Source: Candidatus Caldatribacteriota bacterium
GTDB taxonomy: Bacteria > Atribacterota > Phoenicimicrobiia > Phoenicimicrobiales > Phoenicimicrobiaceae
NCBI GenBank assembly: GCA_034660595.1
Contig: JAYEJO010000011.1
Span: 3,071-53,541 of the forward strand
Direction of reading: 5' to 3'
Length of the DNA stretch: 50,471 nucleotides
The notes under the pieces are model-generated. The model searched no databases. It saw only the letters and a list, made by a program, of their open reading frames with translations, and had not been told where the DNA came from. The translations under genes and the position numbers were made by a program. Each line of letters starts with the position of its first letter. Position 1 is the first letter of the stretch. Shown here in pieces: positions 35,767 to 45,392 of this stretch.

Positions 35767-35813
35767 AAAATAGAACAATAGAAAAAATATATTTTTTTCT
35801 ATTGTTCTATTTT
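35767..35813 (+). terminator. 21-bp perfect AT-rich palindrome after the C-N hydrolase gene
   Basis: AAAATAGAACAATAGAAAAAA / TTTTTTCTATTGTTCTATTTT with a 5-nt loop. It separates the mttB2 unit from the corrinoid/hdr unit. Confidence 0.55.
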
Positions 35814-35953
35814 AATTCCCCCTTTATAATCCCTTTAAGCATATTTTTTAAAAAAGCAAGATTTTACCTAATAATGCAATCATGTCTATAGCATTAATAT
35901 TTTTTATTTTATAAAATGAATCAAGTTTTAAATATTATTAAGGAGGTAATGTT

Positions 35954-36586
35954 ATGGTAGATTTAAATAAGGTTTCTGAATCTTTACAAAGAGGAGACGC
36001 AGAAAAAGTAGAAGAACTTGTTAAACAAGCTTTGGAGGAGAATTTATTACCCAAGGATATTTTAGAAAATGGTTTAATCAAAGGAATGGATATTATTGGG
36101 GCAAAATTTAAAAAGAATGAAGTGTATGTTCCCGAAGTCTTAATTGCTGCTCGAGCAATGCATGCAGGAATGAGTGTACTTAGACCCAAATTAACTGAAA
36201 CAGGAGTAAAAAACATAGGCAAAGTAGCAATAGGTACTGTAAAGGGAGATTTGCACGATATTGGGAAAAATTTAGTAAAAATGATGTTAGAGGGGGCAGG
36301 CTTTGAAGTTATAGATTTAGGAATAGATGTCTCTGTAGATAAATTTGTAGAAGCAGTAGAAGTGCATCAACCAAATATAATAGGTATGTCTGCTCTTTTG
36401 ACTACTACAATGATTAATATGGCGGAAGTGATAAAAGCCCTTGAAGCTGCAGGGTTAAGAAACAAAGTAAAGATAATGATCGGGGGAGCACCGATAACTC
36501 AAAATTATGCTGATCAAATTGGAGCAGATAGCTATTCTCCCGATGCTGCTTCTGCAGTAGATAATGCAAAATCTTTTGTAGCTTAA
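35954..36586 (+). CDS. corrinoid (cobalamin-binding) methyl-carrier protein, MtgC/MttC-like
   Basis: B12-binding cap helix bundle plus Rossmann domain. DxHxxG (GDLHDIGKN), SALLTTT and GGAP motifs. AAGGAGG ribosome-binding site. Confidence 0.9.
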   Translation: MVDLNKVSESLQRGDAEKVEELVKQALEENLLPKDILENGLIKGMDIIGAKFKKNEVYVPEVLIAARAMHAGMSVLRPKLTETGVKNIGKVAIGTVKGDLHDIGKNLVKMMLEGAGFEVIDLGIDVSVDKFVEAVEVHQPNIIGMSALLTTTMINMAEVIKALEAAGLRNKVKIMIGGAPITQNYADQIGADSYSPDAASAVDNAKSFVA

Positions 36587-36651
36587 GTATCAAATTACTT
36601 ATACACAACAACCATTAATTTTTAATTTGATATAAGCATTAATTAGAAGAT

Positions 36652-37935
36652 GTGTTTTTTGAGGGGGGAAAATTAATTTTGCCTAATTCATCTGTTTTAG
36701 TGATTGGCGCGGGTATTGCCGGAATTACGGTAGCTCAGAGGCTCGTAGAAAATAATATTAAAGTATATTTAATAGAAAAAGAATCCTATATGGGCGGTCA
36801 AGCACTTTCTTATGGTTGTAAAGGCGTAGAGAGTTGTAATGAATGTTCAGTATGTTTATTGCAGAGGAAAGTAAAAGATGCAGAAGGATATTTTTCTAAT
36901 ATATTTTTTAGGGCTAATTCTGAAATAGAAAAAGTGAAGAGAGAAGAGAAGAATTTTGAAGTTACTTTAAAAAAAGAAATACCATTTATAGACCCTGATA
37001 AATGCCAGGGTTGTGGTCTTTGTGAAAAATTGTGTCCTTCCTCGGCAATATCTGTTTCTCATCCTCAATCTATCCCACGGGTTTATTTGTTAAGCAAAGA
37101 GCGATGTTTAAATTTTCAAAATAAAGAATGTTCTATTTGTTTGAATAATTGCCCTTTTGGGGCGATTAGTTTTAATCATAAGATTGAAAAAGAAACATTA
37201 TCTAATATTTCTGCTATTGTTATTGCAACTGGGTTTGAACCCTGGAATCCCAAATTAAAGGTTGAGTATGGGTATGGAATAAATGAGAATGTAATAACCG
37301 CCACAGAATTGGAAAATCAGATTTATACTAAGGGTTATGTTTTTCGACCTTCAGATAAAAAAATAGCGAAAAAAGTAGCAATTATACAATGTATTGGAAG
37401 CAGAGATAGAAGTATTAATAATCCGAATTGTTCCCGAATCTGTTGTGGTTATGGAATGAAAATGGCTCGCGTTATAAAAGAAAAGGATGCAGAAGCTGAA
37501 GTTTCAATATTTTATATGGATATTCAGCCTTTTGGCAAAGAATTTACCAAATTTTTTACCGAATGCAAAGAAGAATATGATATTCAATACCTTCGCTCTA
37601 TTCCTTCTCAGATTTCCCAAAGAAAAGATGGCAAAATAATAATTAAATACGAAGATCCCCGCGAGAAAGAAATTATTGAAAATATTTTTGATTTAGCTGT
37701 TTTGTCAACCGCCATGAAACCTGAAAAAGAATATGAAAAAATTGCAGAAAATATGAATTTGTGGGTGAAAGAAGATGGATTTTACGAAAGTCTTGATCCC
37801 ATTCATATAACTAAAACAAATCAAAAAGGAATTTTTATAGCAGGAAGCTGCCAGGGTCCGAAAGATATAAGTGAATGTATCGCTAATGCCGAACACGCAG
37901 CTTTAGAGGCTATGATATTTCTTAAATCTAAATAG
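36652..37935 (+). CDS. HdrA-like FAD/Fe-S module (split copy, part 1)
   Basis: GxGxxG (VLVIGAGIAGITVAQ), inserted 2x[4Fe-4S] ferredoxin (CQGCGLCEKLCP...CSICLNNCP), IIQCIGSRD...CSRICC and GIFIAGSCQGPKDI. The true start may be TTG at 36679, 10 nt after GAGGGGGG. Confidence 0.75.
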   Translation: MFFEGGKLILPNSSVLVIGAGIAGITVAQRLVENNIKVYLIEKESYMGGQALSYGCKGVESCNECSVCLLQRKVKDAEGYFSNIFFRANSEIEKVKREEKNFEVTLKKEIPFIDPDKCQGCGLCEKLCPSSAISVSHPQSIPRVYLLSKERCLNFQNKECSICLNNCPFGAISFNHKIEKETLSNISAIVIATGFEPWNPKLKVEYGYGINENVITATELENQIYTKGYVFRPSDKKIAKKVAIIQCIGSRDRSINNPNCSRICCGYGMKMARVIKEKDAEAEVSIFYMDIQPFGKEFTKFFTECKEEYDIQYLRSIPSQISQRKDGKIIIKYEDPREKEIIENIFDLAVLSTAMKPEKEYEKIAENMNLWVKEDGFYESLDPIHITKTNQKGIFIAGSCQGPKDISECIANAEHAALEAMIFLKSK

Positions 37936-38014
37936 CCAGTTCCAAGCATATATTATAAGTGATGAGCGTTAAAGATGTATCTTTAATTATCAGATTTTAC
38001 GAGGAGAAGTTATT

Positions 38015-39724
38015 ATGCATAAGACGAAAAAAATAGGCATCTTCCTTTGTAGTTGTGGGGATACTATTTCCCAAACAGTTGATTACAAGAAAATAATTAA
38101 GCATTTCAATGATTTTAATGAAATTTCAGTAATTGAAAAAAATGATTTTATGTGTAAGCCGAAAAGCTTGATTAAATTTAAAAAAAAGATTAAAGATACC
38201 AGGTTAGAAAGTGTAATAGTAGCCGCCTGTTCTCCCCAATTAAAAGGTAGTGTTTTTAGAAAAGCCATAGAGGAGGCAGGAATAAATTATAATATGTTAT
38301 CACTGGTAAATCTTAGAGAACAGTGCGCTATGGTTCATAGAGAAAAAAATTATGCTACCGCATACGCAATTGATTTAATAGAGAGCAATATAAGGAGAAT
38401 AAAATTAAACCAGGCGATTTTATCAAAAACTACGAAAGTAAATCAAACCACCTTGATAATCGGAGGGGGATTTTCCGGTTTGCAAACTGCAATTAATCTA
38501 TCAAATTTAGGCTGCAAAACAATATTATTAGAAAGAGAAACTTCTTTAGGGGGAAGCCGTAATCGATCACTTCAATCTACAGAAAATAAAATGGAATTTT
38601 CTTTAATGGATTTAATTGATAAGAATATAAAGAAAGTCAGCAGTAATCCATTATTACAGATATTTACTCAAAGTGAGCTGATATCATTAGAGGGAGAGCC
38701 GGGAAATTTCAAAGCCGTTATTAAGGTAAAGACTAAAAATAAGAAAACAATAAGAAAAAATATTAATATCGGAGCAATAGTGTTAGCAACCGGTCGCCAG
38801 AATTTTTTTCCTGTAGAGAAATACGGGGTTGAACTATCTTCTCGGGTAATTACCCTTTCGGAACTGGAAAAGTTATTGAATCGTAAAGAAGATTTAAAAA
38901 GTATTAATACCGTGTGTTTTATAAACGGAATAGTAAATGATGACCAAAGATTAAAAGGTGATAAGCTTTTATTACGGGCTTTAGAATTGATTAATAAATA
39001 TCAGATACAAGTATATATTCTTTGTAAAAACGTATATGTGGCTGAAAATGGTTTGGAAGAGTTGTATCAGCAAGCGCGAGAAAAGGGAATAGTATTTTTA
39101 AAATACGAAGACAAAAAACCTGAAATATTATTGGGAAAAGAAGATAAGAAGATAAAAATATTATTTCTCGATGAACTTTTAGTAAAAGATAATGTTCATT
39201 GCAAAGAGGGAGAAATTATAATTCCTTGTGATTTATTAGTATTAGAAGAAGAAATAATACCTGCAAGTGGAGCTGATAAGCTATCTGAGATGTTGCAAAT
39301 TAATTGTGATGATGAGGGATTTTATCAACAAAGAAATATTAGTCTTCAACCAATTTTCACCAATCGGAAAGGTATTTATACGGTAGGGTCATGCAGGGGG
39401 TTAAAAAATATTAACAGCACTTTAGATGATTGCGCAATGGTCTCTTTGGAGGTGTATGACCTATTAAAAGAAAAAGTTATTAAATATAATCTTGACCGTG
39501 CCGTGGTAGATAATGATAAATGCACCCTTTGTTTAACTTGTTTACGAACTTGTCCTCATAAAGCCATACAATTAGAAAATGATGCAGAACCAAACCAAAT
39601 AAAAATTACCGTTAACCCTCTTGCTTGCGAGAGTTGTGGAATATGTGTCAGCTGTTGTCCCGCAAGCGCAATTTCTTTACCCGGATTTGAAAACAAACAG
39701 GTAACATCTGAAATAGCGGATTAA
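38015..39724 (+). CDS. HdrA-like protein (split copy, part 2: Trx-like N-domain, second FAD domain, C-terminal ferredoxin)
   Basis: KIGIFLCSCGDTIS, VAACSP...VNLREQCAMVH, second GxGxxG (LIIGGGFSGLQ) and C-terminal CTLCLTCLRTCP...CESCGICVSCCP. GAGGAG ribosome-binding site. Confidence 0.75.
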   Translation: MHKTKKIGIFLCSCGDTISQTVDYKKIIKHFNDFNEISVIEKNDFMCKPKSLIKFKKKIKDTRLESVIVAACSPQLKGSVFRKAIEEAGINYNMLSLVNLREQCAMVHREKNYATAYAIDLIESNIRRIKLNQAILSKTTKVNQTTLIIGGGFSGLQTAINLSNLGCKTILLERETSLGGSRNRSLQSTENKMEFSLMDLIDKNIKKVSSNPLLQIFTQSELISLEGEPGNFKAVIKVKTKNKKTIRKNINIGAIVLATGRQNFFPVEKYGVELSSRVITLSELEKLLNRKEDLKSINTVCFINGIVNDDQRLKGDKLLLRALELINKYQIQVYILCKNVYVAENGLEELYQQAREKGIVFLKYEDKKPEILLGKEDKKIKILFLDELLVKDNVHCKEGEIIIPCDLLVLEEEIIPASGADKLSEMLQINCDDEGFYQQRNISLQPIFTNRKGIYTVGSCRGLKNINSTLDDCAMVSLEVYDLLKEKVIKYNLDRAVVDNDKCTLCLTCLRTCPHKAIQLENDAEPNQIKITVNPLACESCGICVSCCPASAISLPGFENKQVTSEIAD

Positions 39725-39796
39725 ATAGGTCAGATACAGATAGTTAAAATTATAAGTTTTGCAGTTAATAATTTTAAGGAAGGATTAACATTATCT

Positions 39797-40222
39797 ATGG
39801 ATTTAAAGAAAAAAAATGATTTTATTCCTAAAATAATAGTATTATGCTGTGAAAATTCAGCTTATCGGGCAGCTGATATGGCGGGGACATTAAAACTGAC
39901 TTTTCCTAAAAGTATTAAAATTATTTCTTTCCCTTGTATTGGAAGAGTTGAGGAAATTCATATTTTACATGCTTTGGAAAATGGCGCTGATGGGGTAATG
40001 GTGATGGGTTGTTTAGAAGATAGCTGTAAATTTTTAGACGGAAATATCCGAGCCAAAAAAAAGGTCATATATTTAAAAGAATTATTATCAGAAATAGGGG
40101 TAGAAGATAGCCGTATAGAATTTTTTAATATAGCACCTAATATGGGAGCAAAATTTGTAGAATTAGTTAGCAAAATGAATAAAAAAATCAAAGATTTAGG
40201 TCCTTTATTTGAAAAAAGATAG
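39797..40222 (+). CDS. mvhD: MvhD/FlpD-like [2Fe-2S] protein, copy 1
   Basis: IIVLCCENSAYRAADMAG...PCIGRV...GADGVMVMGC...C motifs. 141 aa. Confidence 0.8.
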   Translation: MDLKKKNDFIPKIIVLCCENSAYRAADMAGTLKLTFPKSIKIISFPCIGRVEEIHILHALENGADGVMVMGCLEDSCKFLDGNIRAKKKVIYLKELLSEIGVEDSRIEFFNIAPNMGAKFVELVSKMNKKIKDLGPLFEKR

Positions 40223-40246
40223 TATTTTCTAAGGAGGAAAGCAAAT

Positions 40247-41080
40247 TTGAAAAAAGATATTAAAATTAACCAACTTGATCCTCAATTTAAATATAAAATT
40301 GCTAATGCGCCGGGCGGTGAATCATTAATGAATTGTTTTGCCTGTGGGAAATGTAGCGCAGTATGCCCGATAAGTGAAGTTAATGAAGAATTCAAACCTC
40401 GGAAGATTATTCACATGATTTTATTAGGTATGAAAGAAGAAGTCTTGAGTAATGAATTTATTTGGCTATGTGCAACTTGTGATGCCTGTTCTTTTAGATG
40501 TCCTCAGAAAGTTAGAATGGCAGATATAATGAGTGTAGTTAGGAAGATAGCTGAAGATGAAGGATATGTCCCCTCTAATTTTAATAAACAAATGGAAATT
40601 GTAAAGAGTTTTAGTAAATTATATGAACTTAACTCTAAATATAGTTTGTGGGGGAAAATTAAAGACACCCTAAATAAGGATAGAGAAAAGACAAAAGAAA
40701 AAGTATCTTCTAATTATTTTGAGGAATTTGAATTATGCATCAATTTGGCATTAAATTTTATCAAAAAAAATCCTCAAAGTCTTCTTTTATCTAATGTATT
40801 AGAATTAATAGATAATAGATTTAAATTGTATTTTGCGGATATTAAAGATTTTTCTAAGAAAGAAGATAAAGAAGAATTTATTAGATTGCTTGCAAAATAT
40901 GAAAATTTATTAGAAGATTTTGCCTCTTCTTCATTAGAAGGTTTAATTATTAAAAATTCGAATAATATTGTTAATGCTTATAAAAATTTGGAAGAAAAGA
41001 ATAAATTAGAAACATTTCTTCTAAAAATATCTAAGAAGTTTCCTGAAAGTAAAATTAATTTAAAAAATAATGAAGAATGA
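40247..41080 (+). CDS. HdrC-like 2x[4Fe-4S] protein with unrelated Lys/Glu/Asn-rich C-terminal extension
   Basis: CFACGKCSAVCP and CATCDACSFRCP in the first ~110 aa, then ~165 aa with no cysteine motifs. TTG start 10 nt after AGGAGG. Confidence 0.6.
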   Translation: MKKDIKINQLDPQFKYKIANAPGGESLMNCFACGKCSAVCPISEVNEEFKPRKIIHMILLGMKEEVLSNEFIWLCATCDACSFRCPQKVRMADIMSVVRKIAEDEGYVPSNFNKQMEIVKSFSKLYELNSKYSLWGKIKDTLNKDREKTKEKVSSNYFEEFELCINLALNFIKKNPQSLLLSNVLELIDNRFKLYFADIKDFSKKEDKEEFIRLLAKYENLLEDFASSSLEGLIIKNSNNIVNAYKNLEEKNKLETFLLKISKKFPESKINLKNNEE

Positions 41081-41098
41081 TTATCACGGAGGTTTGGA

Positions 41099-44000
41099 AT
41101 GGGAAAGCATGCTAATAATCATGTTTTAATAGTAGGTGGCGGTGTAGCAGGAATTCAGGCAGCATTAGATATAGCTGAATCAGGATATAAAGTTAATTTA
41201 ATTGAAGCAGGTCCCAGTATTGGCGGTGATATGGCAAAATTAGATAAAACTTTTCCCACCAATGATTGTTCAATGTGCATATTATCTCCTCGCTTAGTAG
41301 CTGCAGCCAGGCATCCTAATATTAATATTATTACTTCCACACAAGTTAGGGAAATTAAAGGAGAAGCAGGAGACTTTAAAGTTAAAATATTTAAAAAAGC
41401 CAGATATGTTGATTTAGCTAAATGTACTGGTTGTGGAGCTTGTACCCAAGTTTGTCCTATAAAAATAGATGATGAATACAATCAAAATCTTTGTAAAACT
41501 AAAAATATACACATTCCTTATCCCCAGGCAGTTCCCTTAGCAGCAATAATTGATCCTGAACGTTGTTTGTATCTTACTAAAAATAGGTGTCGGGCTTGTG
41601 AAAGAGCTTGTACAGCTAAAGCAATAGATTTTTCACAAAAAGATAAAGAGATTATTCTTGAAGCAGGAGCAATTATTTTTGCTCCAGGAACAAAACATTT
41701 TAATCCTAAAGAAAAACCCGAATATGGATATGGACGATATCCAAATATTATTACCAGTATGGAAATGGAAAGAATTTTAAGTGCCTCCGGGCCTACATCC
41801 GGAGAGGTAAACAGAATATCAGATAATAATTACCCTCGAAAGATTGCCTTTATTCAGTGTGTAGGTTCTCGTGATACAAGTTGCGGCAATGAATATTGCT
41901 CTTCTGTTTGTTGTATGTATGCGACCAAAGAAGCCAATATAATTAAAGAACATAATAAAGATATAGATGTAAGCATTTTCTTTATGGATATGAGAGCTTA
42001 CGGAAAAGATTTTGAGAAATATTATGAAAAAGCAAAAAATGAACTAAATGTTAAATATATAAGAAGTATGCCTTCTTCTATTGAGGAAATTGGAATAAAT
42101 AATGATTTATTATTAAAATATGAGACTCCGGAAGGGGAAACAAAAAAAGAAATCTATAATATGGTAGTTTTATCTATAGGATTAACTACTTCTCCTGAAT
42201 TTAAGCATCTATTTAGAAAGTTTAATATAAAATTAGATGAGAATGGATTTTGTAAAACATCATTTAACAACCCTTTAAAGACTTCAAGAGAGGGAATTTA
42301 TGTCTGCGGTACTTTCCAGGGACCTAAAGATATTCCCGAAACAGTAGTGCAAGCAAGTGGGGCAGCAGCAGAAGTTGCTGAGATCTTGTCTGTACCACAA
42401 AAAAAAGAATTAAACAATATAGAAGAAATAAAAGAAAGAGATATTGGTAACGAAGAACCTCGAATTGGAGTATTTGTATGTCGTTGTGGAATTAATATTG
42501 CTAGCGTAGTTGATGTTCCGAAAGTTGTTGAATATTGTAAAAGTTTAAAAAATGTGGTTTTTGTTATGGAAAATATGTATACCTGTTCTCAGGATTCTCA
42601 AGAAATAATTAAACAGAAAATTAAAGAACATAATTTAAATAGAGTTTTAGTTGCTTCTTGTTCTCCTCGAACTCATGAATCTTTATTTCAGCAAACTTTA
42701 AAGGAAGCTATGTTAAATAAATATTTATTTGAGATGGTTAATATTAGAGATCAATGTTCCTGGGTTCATGCTAAAGAACCGGAAAAAGCTACTAAAAAAG
42801 CTAAAGATTTAATCAAGATGGGAATAGCTAAAGCAAGTAGGTTAGAACCTTTAGAAGAAATTAGCTTAGAAGTTACCCCTCGGGGTCTGGTTATTGGCGG
42901 AGGTTTAGCTGGCATGGAAGCGGCTTTATCCTTAGCTGAACAAGGTTATCAAGTCTATTTAGTGGAAAGAGAAAATGAATTAGGCGGTAATTTAAAGAAT
43001 TTATGGTTTGATCCAGATGGAAATATTATAGAACCATTTTTTAAAAACTTAGAAACTCGAGTGGACAGTCATCTTAATATTAAATTATTCACTAATAGCA
43101 CCATCAATAATATTGAAGGATCTGTAGGAAATTTTAAGACTACAATTCATAAAAGACAAAATAATGAAATTAAGGAATATAAAATAGAACATGGTATTAT
43201 TATTGTAGCTACTGGTGCAAAAGAATATCAAGGTAAGGAATATTTATATTCAGAGAATAAAAATGTATTTACTCAATTGCAATTATCGGAAAAACTCATA
43301 AAAAATAAAGTAAATTTAGAGAATAAAACAATAGTAATGATTCAGTGCGTTGGTTCCCGAGATGAAGAACATCCTTATTGTAGCAGGGTTTGCTGTCAAA
43401 AGGCATTACAAAATGCATTAAAAATTAAAGAAAAGTTTCCTGATGCCAATATTTATATGTTATATAGGGACATTAGAACTTATGGCTTTAATGAAAAATA
43501 TTATAATGAAGCCCGTAAAAAGGGAGTAATATTTGTCCGATATGAAGAAGAAAATAAACCTCAAGTAGAAGAATATATTGACAAAAAGGGAAGTAAAAAA
43601 TTACTGATTTCCATGCGCGATATTTTACTACAATCTGAGTTAAATATTGAAACAGATTTTATAGCTTTAAGTACAGGAATAGTGGCACCTGAAGATAATT
43701 TTAGAATGGCTCAAATGTTGAAGGTTCCTATTAATAGTGACGGATTTTTTCTTGAGGCACATGTAAAACTTCGACCTGTTGATTTTTCTACAGAAGGAAT
43801 ATTTTTATGTGGTCTGGCACATGCGCCTAAAAATATGGAAGAAAGCATTTGCCAGGCTAAAGCGGCGGCATCCAGAGCAGGTAAAATTTTAGGAAAAGAT
43901 TCAATTATTGCTAATGGAATAGTTGCATCAGTGAATGAAGAAATTTGTGCCGGTTGTGGACTTTGTGAAGCCGTCTGTCCTTATGGGGCAATAGAAGTAG

Positions 44001-44149
44001 ATAAAAAAGATAAAGTTGCCAAGGTAAATCCGGCTTTATGTAAAGGTTGCGGGACTTGTTGTGCTGCATGTCCTTCCGGAGCGGTTGAATTAAAAGGATT
44101 TAGAAAAAAACAAATATTGTCTATGATAGACATATTTGCGGAGGTATAA
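41099..44149 (+). CDS. hdrA: HdrA-like flavoprotein, fused tandem form (1016 aa)
   Basis: Module 1 (aa 1 to about 440): IVGGGVAGIQAALDIAESG, DKTFPTNDCSMCILSP, inserted ferredoxin, FIQCVGSRD...CSSVCC. Module 2: EPRIGVFVCRCGINIASV, VASCSPRTHE...NIRDQCSWVH, second GxGxxG (VIGGGLAGMEAA), MIQCVGSRD...CSRVCC, terminal CAGCGLCEAVCP...CKGCGTCCAACP. Confidence 0.85.
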   Translation: MGKHANNHVLIVGGGVAGIQAALDIAESGYKVNLIEAGPSIGGDMAKLDKTFPTNDCSMCILSPRLVAAARHPNINIITSTQVREIKGEAGDFKVKIFKKARYVDLAKCTGCGACTQVCPIKIDDEYNQNLCKTKNIHIPYPQAVPLAAIIDPERCLYLTKNRCRACERACTAKAIDFSQKDKEIILEAGAIIFAPGTKHFNPKEKPEYGYGRYPNIITSMEMERILSASGPTSGEVNRISDNNYPRKIAFIQCVGSRDTSCGNEYCSSVCCMYATKEANIIKEHNKDIDVSIFFMDMRAYGKDFEKYYEKAKNELNVKYIRSMPSSIEEIGINNDLLLKYETPEGETKKEIYNMVVLSIGLTTSPEFKHLFRKFNIKLDENGFCKTSFNNPLKTSREGIYVCGTFQGPKDIPETVVQASGAAAEVAEILSVPQKKELNNIEEIKERDIGNEEPRIGVFVCRCGINIASVVDVPKVVEYCKSLKNVVFVMENMYTCSQDSQEIIKQKIKEHNLNRVLVASCSPRTHESLFQQTLKEAMLNKYLFEMVNIRDQCSWVHAKEPEKATKKAKDLIKMGIAKASRLEPLEEISLEVTPRGLVIGGGLAGMEAALSLAEQGYQVYLVERENELGGNLKNLWFDPDGNIIEPFFKNLETRVDSHLNIKLFTNSTINNIEGSVGNFKTTIHKRQNNEIKEYKIEHGIIIVATGAKEYQGKEYLYSENKNVFTQLQLSEKLIKNKVNLENKTIVMIQCVGSRDEEHPYCSRVCCQKALQNALKIKEKFPDANIYMLYRDIRTYGFNEKYYNEARKKGVIFVRYEEENKPQVEEYIDKKGSKKLLISMRDILLQSELNIETDFIALSTGIVAPEDNFRMAQMLKVPINSDGFFLEAHVKLRPVDFSTEGIFLCGLAHAPKNMEESICQAKAAASRAGKILGKDSIIANGIVASVNEEICAGCGLCEAVCPYGAIEVDKKDKVAKVNPALCKGCGTCCAACPSGAVELKGFRKKQILSMIDIFAEV

Positions 44150-44151
44150 AA

Positions 44152-44568
44152 ATGTTTGAACCGAAAATTCTTGGATTTTGTTGTAACTGGTGTGCCTATG
44201 CAGGAGCCGATTTAGCGGGGATAAATAGAAATCAATACCCTCCCAATATTAGAATAATAAGAGTAATGTGTTCCGGAACAATTGACCCACTCTATATAAT
44301 GAAGGCTTTTCAAAAAGGGACAGATGGAGTATTTATTGGAGGTTGTCATATTGGAGATTGTCACTATCAAAACGGTAACCATCGAGCCAAAAAGAGAGTG
44401 GCTGTTGTTAAAAAGATATTGAGCTATTTAGGGATTGATCCTCGGAGAGTGAGGCTGGAGTGGGTTTCTGCTGCGGAGGGCCAAAAATTTGCTCAAGTAA
44501 TGAATGATTTTGTTGCTGAGATTAAGAGATTAGGGCCGAATCCATTAAAGAAGAGGTTTAAAGTATGA
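44152..44568 (+). CDS. mvhD: MvhD/FlpD-like [2Fe-2S] protein, copy 2
   Basis: ILGFCCNWCAYAGADLAG...VMCSGT...GTDGVFIGGCHIGDCHY. Starts 2 nt after the hdrA stop. Confidence 0.85.
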   Translation: MFEPKILGFCCNWCAYAGADLAGINRNQYPPNIRIIRVMCSGTIDPLYIMKAFQKGTDGVFIGGCHIGDCHYQNGNHRAKKRVAVVKKILSYLGIDPRRVRLEWVSAAEGQKFAQVMNDFVAEIKRLGPNPLKKRFKV

Positions 44569-45392
44569 TAAAGAAAGTGCAGGAATTAGCTAAAGAGTAT
44601 TTTGTAAACGGAAAAGTTGATGTAATCTTTGGTCTGAGGAAAAAAAATAGCCACGTAGCCCCTCATATTTTTAAAAAAATAGAGGAATTAGATTATTTGG
44701 TAGTTTCCCCTAAATATCCACTTTTATATAATTGCAGACCAAGTAAAAAGAATGTTATCCGGTTGATAGAGGAAAAATATCCAAATATAAAGATTGGAGT
44801 TATAGCTAAAGGGTGTGATGAAAGGGCTTTAATTGAACTTGCAAAAAGAGAGCAAATAGATATGAAAAATATTGAGATTTTGGGTGTTGCCTGCACTAGA
44901 GAAGAAGCAATAGAGTGCAGATGCCCAAGACCTTACCCTAATAATCCCCTTATAGGAGAGAAAGTCGAAGGGGTTTTTGAAGATAAAAATGTTGAAGACC
45001 TTTTAAATAAAGGTTTGTCAGAACGATTAACTTTTTGGCAATATCAACTAAGTAAATGTATAAAATGTTATGGCTGTAGAAACGCTTGCCCATTATGTTT
45101 CTGTCAGGATTGTGCTATGGAGCAGGAGGAGTGGTCGAAGACAGGTGAAATTCCTCCTGAAATTCCTATGTTCCAGTTTATAAGATTTTATCACCTTGCA
45201 GATAGATGTATTGAATGTGGAGAATGTGAAAAAGCTTGCCCCATGGATATTCCTCTACTGACTATTTCTAAACAAGTAAGGGAAGATGTTAAAGAATTGT
45301 TTAATTATGAATCTGGTTTAGATGTAAAGCAAAAATCACCGTTATTAACTACCTTAGATGAGATACCGATGAAAGAAGGAGTTAGCGAATAA
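44565..45392 (+). CDS. 4Fe-4S dicluster electron-transfer subunit (AsrA/HydB-like), probable Fdh partner
   Basis: KGCDERALIEL motif plus CIKCYGCRNACPLCFC and CIECGECEKACP. ATGA overlap with mvhD and TAATG overlap with fdhA. Confidence 0.65.
   Translation: MIKKVQELAKEYFVNGKVDVIFGLRKKNSHVAPHIFKKIEELDYLVVSPKYPLLYNCRPSKKNVIRLIEEKYPNIKIGVIAKGCDERALIELAKREQIDMKNIEILGVACTREEAIECRCPRPYPNNPLIGEKVEGVFEDKNVEDLLNKGLSERLTFWQYQLSKCIKCYGCRNACPLCFCQDCAMEQEEWSKTGEIPPEIPMFQFIRFYHLADRCIECGECEKACPMDIPLLTISKQVREDVKELFNYESGLDVKQKSPLLTTLDEIPMKEGVSE

Noticed and set aside
35741-35953. Cobalamin riboswitch upstream of the corrinoid protein (also checked 23686-24154)
   Set aside because: There is no B12-box-like GC-rich core. 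The region is almost pure AT, with only a simple palindrome.
37933-38014. TAG stop between the two HdrA-like ORFs as a pyrrolysine or read-through site (MttB genes are nearby)
   Set aside because: Reading through the TAG hits TGA after 8 codons. The downstream gene has its own GAGGAG ribosome-binding site and ATG and is in a different frame context. Both MttB genes lack any in-frame TAG, so there is no sign of Pyl decoding.
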